Source: Turneriella sp.
Lineage (GTDB): Bacteria; Spirochaetota; Leptospiria; Turneriellales; Turneriellaceae
NCBI GenBank assembly: GCA_965279515.1
Contig: CBDIID010000003.1
Location: forward strand, 1,536,001-1,600,000
Length of the DNA stretch: 64,000 nt
Direction: 5' to 3'
Positions 58,905 to 64,000 of the stretch are shown in pieces. A model generated the notes under the pieces. It did no database searches. It was not told the DNA's origin and saw only the letters and a list, made by a program, of their open reading frames with translations. Both the position numbers and the translations under genes were made by a program. Position 1 is the stretch's first letter. Each line of letters opens with the position of its first letter.

Positions 58905-61900
58905 TTATTCCCGCTCGCTCTGCAACCACTGGTAGAAAGCGGGCAACAGGAATAATGTCATCAATGTCGCTGTCACAAGGCCACCGAGCACCACAACCGC
59001 CAGCGGTTTTTGCACCTCGGCTCCGATGCCGCTGTTGAGCACCATCGGCAAAAAACCCAGGCTCGCCACAGAGGCTGTCATGAGCACGGGCCGCAGGCGA
59101 CCGAGTGCACCGGTATGCACTGCCTGCTTCACTGTGTGCCCCGCGGCAACCAGCTGGTTCAGATAGCTCACCTTTACAAGACCGTTCAGAATCGCAACGC
59201 CCGAAAGCGCGATGAAACCGACGGCGGCCGATACCGAGAAAGGTATGCCGGCGATGTATAAGGCGACCACGCCCCCCGTCCAGGCAAAGGGTATCGTCAT
59301 AAAAATCAGCAGGGTCTGCTTCACCGAGCGGAACGTGCGCCAGATAAGATAAAAGATTCCGAGCAGGATAACCGGCACGATAATCGCCAGGCGCAACCGG
59401 GCACGTTCGAGATTTTTGAACTGCCCCTGCCATTGCAACCGGTACCCCGGCGGCAGGCCGGTGTTCAGCTTGAGCTCTTGCTCAATTTTAGCCTTGGCTT
59501 CCTGAACAAACGAAAGCGTGTCGCGATTACCGAGGTAGATGGCAACGCCGGCATAGCGGTTGAGACCGCTGCGTGCAATGGCCGTCACGGTATCGCGCAC
59601 TGAAAAATCGACAAGATCGGCCAGGGGAATCGTGCCCCCCGCGGGCAATGCAATGGGGATTTTTTTGATCAGCGCAGTATTGGCGCGGCTGGCATCGTTC
59701 AATTTGACGACGATGGGAAAGCGCCAGTCCTCTTCATAATAGTTGCCGACGCTCCGCCCGACCATCGCCATCTGAAAACTTTCATTAACCTCGGCCATCG
59801 AGACGCCATAGAATGTAATGCGGTCATTCTTCATTCGGGCTTCGAGCACCGAACTGCGCCGCAGCGCCGTCAGCGAATCGAGCGTGACATCTCTCGCGCC
59901 GGGAATACTTTTCAGAATCTCCACCGCACGCTCCTGTAATTCAAAGAGCGTTTCCAGCTCTTTGCCATAGATGCGCAATGACACATCGGCGCGGCTGCCC
60001 TCGAGCATTTCGTTAAAACGCATCGCAATGGGTTGCGTCTGCTCGAGTTCCGATTCTTTCAGGTTCTCCGTTTTCGCGAGAACGGGCCTCAGATCGTTTT
60101 GTATGAGACCGAACAATTCATCCTGTGAAATCGTTTTACCTTTGGTATTCTTGCGCCAGGTAGCCTGGTCTTTTTTGAGGATAACAAACAGATCTGTGAG
60201 ATTCACTCCCATGGGATCGGTCGCCGCTTCGCTCGTGCCAATACGGCCGAAAACGGTTTCCACCTCGGGGTATGCGGCAATAATCTGCTCGGCCTTTTTC
60301 TCTCTCGCCAGCGATTCGCTGAGCGACATGCGCGCATCGTGCAAAAGGTTGAGCGTCATGTCGCCTTCGTTCAAAGCCGGCATAAAATCAGAACCCAGCT
60401 TCCGGAACAGATAACCGCAGAGCAGGAAAATCACAACGAGCGGCAGCACAAACTTTCGGATATGCCTGAGCGGAAAATTCAGCAACGGTTCATAAACGGC
60501 ATAGATTTTCTGAAAGACCGCCGTCTTATGGACTTCGCGTTTGGCCGCGACATAAACACCCAAAACCGGCATCAGCACAACGCCCACCAGTAAGGCGCCC
60601 GCGAGGGCAAAAAGCACGGTAATCGCCATGGGGTAATAGAGCTTACCTTCGACGCCCTCCAAAGTCAGAATGGGGAAATAGACTGCCATGATAATGATCA
60701 TGCCCGTCACCATGGGACGCATGATTTCGAGAGTCGCGGCACGCACAGCGCTTAGGCGCTCCGCAAGGTTCCGGGGTGGGTTGGCCTCCATCTTCGATAA
60801 CAGGTTCTCCAGCATGACGATGGAGCCGTCGACGATGAGGCCAAAATCGAGTGCGCCGAGACTCATGAGATTTGCCGAGATTCCGAACACCTTCATACCG
60901 ATGAGCGCAAACGCCATGGATATGGGAATAGCCAGCGCCACGAAGATCGCCGCGCGCAGATTGCCGAGAAAGAGTAACAGGATAACAACGACGATGCCGG
61001 CACCTTCCGCAAGATTTTTCACAACGGTCTTGACCGTCGCATTGACGAGAAAGCTGCGCGAATAGAGCACGCGCGTCTCGACATCTTCAGGCAGCGGCAC
61101 ATTCTTCAGCGCCGCCTCCGCGCTCTGCGCCACCGCGCGGCTGTTTTGCCCCGAAAGCATCAGCACCGTACCGAGTACTGTCTCATTGCCGCGGTAGGTC
61201 GCCGCGCCGATGCGCTGCGAATGGTATTCGCAGATTTCGGCGACCTGTTTCAGGCGTATCTTTGAGCCATCCCAGCTCATTTTCAGCGGCACTTCATTGA
61301 GCTGACTCAGGCTAAGGCCGCCGTTGGTGCGCACAATCAGCTGCTGCTGGCGGTTCTCGATATACCCACCGCCATAATTTTCACCGACCGTTCTCAGGCT
61401 TTGCCGTATCTGGTTGAAGGTGATGCCATACTGTTCGAGTTTTTCAGGACTGACCTCGATGTGCACCTGGCGTTCATAACCGCCTAATGAATCGATCTCT
61501 GCGGCGCCGGAAATATTCGACTTCAGGTAAGGCCTGATCACAAAATGCTGGATAGTCCGCAGGTAGACGAGTTGTTCGCGTTCGGTTTTTTTAGCCAGTG
61601 CACTGCCCGGCTTCGGCAAAACGGTATACATCAGCACTTCACCGAGCCCGGTGCTGATCGGCGCCATCCCGAGACTGACCCCCATCGGTAAATTTACGGC
61701 GCTCTGTATGATCTTTTCGGCGACCTGCTGCCGCGCCCAGTAAATATCGGTACCATCGGCAAAAATGATCACGGTCTGCGAGAGACCGAAACGTGAAAGC
61801 GAGCGCACCTCTTTCACATGGGGTAATCCCGCCATCTCGGTTTCGACAAAATAGGTAACGGATTTTTCGACCTGTTGCGGGTCGAGCCCCCCGGTCTTGG

Positions 61901-62051
61901 CATTGACAATCACCTGGACATTGGTGATGTCGGGCACCGCATCGACCGGTAAATTTAAAGCCACGAGCACAGCTGCGGTGAAGATCGTGAGCGCCGACAA
62001 AACGACTGTAAGCCGGTGAGCAAGTATGAAATCGATTAATTTACTGAACAT
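58905..62051 (-). CDS. czcA: CusA/CzcA family heavy-metal efflux RND permease
   Basis: LPVDAVPDITNVQV, RSLSRFGLS, ANLMSLGALDFGLIVDG, RLRPVLMTA, GAEVQKPLA. Confidence 0.95.
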   Translation of the reverse strand: MFSKLIDFILAHRLTVVLSALTIFTAAVLVALNLPVDAVPDITNVQVIVNAKTGGLDPQQVEKSVTYFVETEMAGLPHVKEVRSLSRFGLSQTVIIFADGTDIYWARQQVAEKIIQSAVNLPMGVSLGMAPISTGLGEVLMYTVLPKPGSALAKKTEREQLVYLRTIQHFVIRPYLKSNISGAAEIDSLGGYERQVHIEVSPEKLEQYGITFNQIRQSLRTVGENYGGGYIENRQQQLIVRTNGGLSLSQLNEVPLKMSWDGSKIRLKQVAEICEYHSQRIGAATYRGNETVLGTVLMLSGQNSRAVAQSAEAALKNVPLPEDVETRVLYSRSFLVNATVKTVVKNLAEGAGIVVVILLLFLGNLRAAIFVALAIPISMAFALIGMKVFGISANLMSLGALDFGLIVDGSIVMLENLLSKMEANPPRNLAERLSAVRAATLEIMRPMVTGMIIIMAVYFPILTLEGVEGKLYYPMAITVLFALAGALLVGVVLMPVLGVYVAAKREVHKTAVFQKIYAVYEPLLNFPLRHIRKFVLPLVVIFLLCGYLFRKLGSDFMPALNEGDMTLNLLHDARMSLSESLAREKKAEQIIAAYPEVETVFGRIGTSEAATDPMGVNLTDLFVILKKDQATWRKNTKGKTISQDELFGLIQNDLRPVLAKTENLKESELEQTQPIAMRFNEMLEGSRADVSLRIYGKELETLFELQERAVEILKSIPGARDVTLDSLTALRRSSVLEARMKNDRITFYGVSMAEVNESFQMAMVGRSVGNYYEEDWRFPIVVKLNDASRANTALIKKIPIALPAGGTIPLADLVDFSVRDTVTAIARSGLNRYAGVAIYLGNRDTLSFVQEAKAKIEQELKLNTGLPPGYRLQWQGQFKNLERARLRLAIIVPVILLGIFYLIWRTFRSVKQTLLIFMTIPFAWTGGVVALYIAGIPFSVSAAVGFIALSGVAILNGLVKVSYLNQLVAAGHTVKQAVHTGALGRLRPVLMTASVASLGFLPMVLNSGIGAEVQKPLAVVVLGGLVTATLMTLFLLPAFYQWLQSERE

Positions 62052-62124
62052 AACCCTCCTGTAACATAAACTCCAGGGATATTACTCCCAAACCCAATGG
62101 GCTGAATGTTCAGGCTACAGGAGG
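62044..62124 (-). promoter_or_regulatory. Anti-SD/SD RNA pairing between the RAPP codons and the czcA translation initiation region
   Basis: mRNA CCUCCUGUAGC (62124-62114) pairs with GUUACAGGAGG (62065-62055); CUGAACAU (62113-62106) pairs with AUGUUCAG (62051-62044). Confidence 0.75.
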
Positions 62125-62511
62125 TGCTCGCGGCGATGCAGGAACAAAGAATAAGGATAACGGGTCGTCGTCATGGAAATCGCGCAAGGCATATGCAGCG
62201 ACGATGATTTCGGGACCGGCAGTGATCGGTGTGACTACTGCAATGGAAACGGGTAAAGAGATAATGAGTATGGGCGCGGAATTTTTGCGGATGCCATTTT
62301 CGAATGTATGCTCAAACAGGGATTCTTCACCGCCATGCGCTTCATCGTGTGCATGCGGCAATTCTGCATGGCAGCGTGCGTTAATTTCATTTGTGCAGAC
62401 AGTCTCGTGGCTACCGTCGTGGTCGACGTGGACGGCAGAAACCGTAGACGCCGTCAGCAGCGTCAGGTAGAGCAAGTTGATGATGGCGAAGATGCGCATC
62501 CGCTGCCGCAT
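62110..62511 (-). CDS. Exported His/Cys-rich leader protein with C-terminal RAPP motif (CruR/CutF-like)
   Basis: Signal peptide from ATG 62511 or 62499; HVDHDGSH...C-x7-CH...HAHDEAH; ends SPRAPPVA. Confidence 0.75.
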   Translation of the reverse strand: MRQRMRIFAIINLLYLTLLTASTVSAVHVDHDGSHETVCTNEINARCHAELPHAHDEAHGGEESLFEHTFENGIRKNSAPILIISLPVSIAVVTPITAGPEIIVAAYALRDFHDDDPLSLFFVPASPRAPPVA

Positions 62512-62584
62512 CGCCCGGCAAGCGAGTTGGGCCGTCAAAAATAATACGGTTTCACTGGCTTGTTGAAAAAACCGTATGGGGCAC

Positions 62585-63622
62585 TTAAGCTCGAACAGCG
62601 AATAAATCGATGCCGTCGGCCTTTCCCCGCAAAACAACCGGTCCGAGATTCGTTACCTGAAAATCGGGCATTTGGGTCAGGGAGCGATGCAATGTTCCTG
62701 AAATAATCAAATTGTGACCGCATTCACGGCTGTACGCGGCAATGCGAGCCGTTGTATTCATGACATCGCCGATCAGTGCAATCTCGCGTTTCAAGACGCC
62801 GACTTCACCGATCACCAGCTCACCGATGTGAATGCCCGTGCGAAATTCCGGCACATATCCATAACGTTGCCGGTAAATTTCGGCGCGGTCCGCAAAAAAT
62901 TTTTCGATCAACAACGGCAGCCTTAGGCAATTGGAATTTTTTATACCGCGCGGCACAGGCCAACTGAGAATAATTTCATCGCCTACGTACTTATAAATTT
63001 CCGCTTCCGTCGCAATAATTGCCTCCGTCATATCGGAAAATGTCTCCGACATAAAATCCAGGTATCTTTGATCGCCGAGTTTTTCAGTGAGAGTTGTTGA
63101 GGATTTCAAATCCATAAATAGGACGATCCGTTTCTCATAGATCGGGTTATGGTAACGGCCCGTGATAAAATTCGCGAGCACTCTCGGCCCTAAAAGCCGG
63201 CTATTTTGCAGAAGAAAATTTAAAAGAAGTGAGAAAATCAGGGCAGCTCCCAGGGCCTGATAAAAATGCTGTCGGGCTACATCTGTGCCTGTCGGCAACA
63301 GCACAAAATGCTCGTACTCCATGATAAAACGCCCTAAGGCCCGACCAAACAAAATGAGAAAACTGTAGGCGATGGAGTTGAGCAGCAGCGTTCGCACAAA
63401 GCTGAGCCGCACGAAAAAACGCCGCAACAGAACGTCTGAAACAATCAGCTTATAAGTGCTAAGAAAACCTACTATCAAAAAACCATCCACAAGACCGTTC
63501 GCAAAACTGTGCCAGCTCATATACCCGTTGGAACTATAATTCTGCCACGAACTAATACCGGTAGCAAACAAGGCAGCTATACCCGTAAGTTTTGCCGCAA
63601 GAATGGCGTTGCGTTTGAGCAT
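62585..63622 (-). CDS. Membrane-bound class III adenylate/guanylate cyclase
   Basis: FMDLKSST, YKYVGDE, GIHIG, GDVMNTTARI, LRGK; 4 N-terminal TMs. Confidence 0.9.
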   Translation of the reverse strand: MLKRNAILAAKLTGIAALFATGISSWQNYSSNGYMSWHSFANGLVDGFLIVGFLSTYKLIVSDVLLRRFFVRLSFVRTLLLNSIAYSFLILFGRALGRFIMEYEHFVLLPTGTDVARQHFYQALGAALIFSLLLNFLLQNSRLLGPRVLANFITGRYHNPIYEKRIVLFMDLKSSTTLTEKLGDQRYLDFMSETFSDMTEAIIATEAEIYKYVGDEIILSWPVPRGIKNSNCLRLPLLIEKFFADRAEIYRQRYGYVPEFRTGIHIGELVIGEVGVLKREIALIGDVMNTTARIAAYSRECGHNLIISGTLHRSLTQMPDFQVTNLGPVVLRGKADGIDLFAVRA

Positions 63623-63623
63623 G

Positions 63624-64000
63624 CTATTTCTGAATCCTCTCTAAAATCGTTACAACTAATGCCAGAGTCTTTTTGTCAATCTCGGGGTCTTGGGCAAAAA
63701 AATGATCGGTTTTAGGTGAGAGAATGGACAGACTATGGGGAGCAATAATATCGGGTAGCAGAGTCAAGCCGTCGTTTGGGCCGTCATCCATCATCATCGA
63801 ATATTTATCGCGGCCGTATTTTGATATGTCGCCGGACAAAGATAGGCCCAGATAATTATAGATTTGAATGTGCCTCGGAACAGAGAGGGTTTCAAAACGC
63901 TTGCGGCTCAATTCCGCATACATGCTCTCGAAGCTATAACGCTTCCAGCCTTTGAACCAGATGATGGTCGAGAAAAGCCAACCCTTTGGTCCAGTTGCGA
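63624..64000 (-). CDS. C-terminal part of a protein running off the window, possibly an alpha/beta hydrolase
   Basis: Frame stays open from the window end to stop 63624; 'PNDGL...TDH' resembles the Asp/His triad positions. Confidence 0.5.
   Translation of the reverse strand, partial: ATGPKGWLFSTIIWFKGWKRYSFESMYAELSRKRFETLSVPRHIQIYNYLGLSLSGDISKYGRDKYSMMMDDGPNDGLTLLPDIIAPHSLSILSPKTDHFFAQDPEIDKKTLALVVTILERIQK

Noticed and set aside
1..64000. CRISPR arrays, tRNA/rRNA, IS elements, prophage or anti-phage defence genes
   Set aside because: No spaced direct repeats, RNA gene signatures, or transposase, integrase or defence motifs were recognised by eye

Overview
A 64 kb chromosomal window of ordinary bacterial genes with about 52 CDS. 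No rRNA, tRNA, CRISPR array, transposase or phage gene was recognised. Gene content (FlcA-like collar protein, 7TM-AraC and 7TM-adenylate cyclase sensors, RCC1 lipoprotein) suggests a free-living spirochaete of the Leptospiraceae, Turneriella-like; this is inference. Housekeeping genes include uvrA, rnc, pyrD, PBP1A, rseP, der (split by a +1 frameshift) and creBCD with a perfect cre-tag. The most notable signals are: (1) an exported His/Cys-rich leader ORF ending in RAPP whose Pro-Pro codons are complementary to the Shine-Dalgarno of an orphan czcA/cusA gene, a candidate metal-sensing ribosome-stalling switch; (2) short TCC-loop palindromic elements lying in frame inside a MarR gene (twice) and a thioesterase gene; (3) a chemoreceptor fusing an Aer-type PAS, a periplasmic sensor and an Aer2-type heme PAS; (4) a CreC kinase lacking its HAMP domain; (5) an armless ARE-like ABC-F protein; (6) sigma-28-like promoters before the flcA-like gene and before a 56-aa ORF missing from the ORF track. 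All assignments were made by eye from motifs; no searches or folding computations were run.
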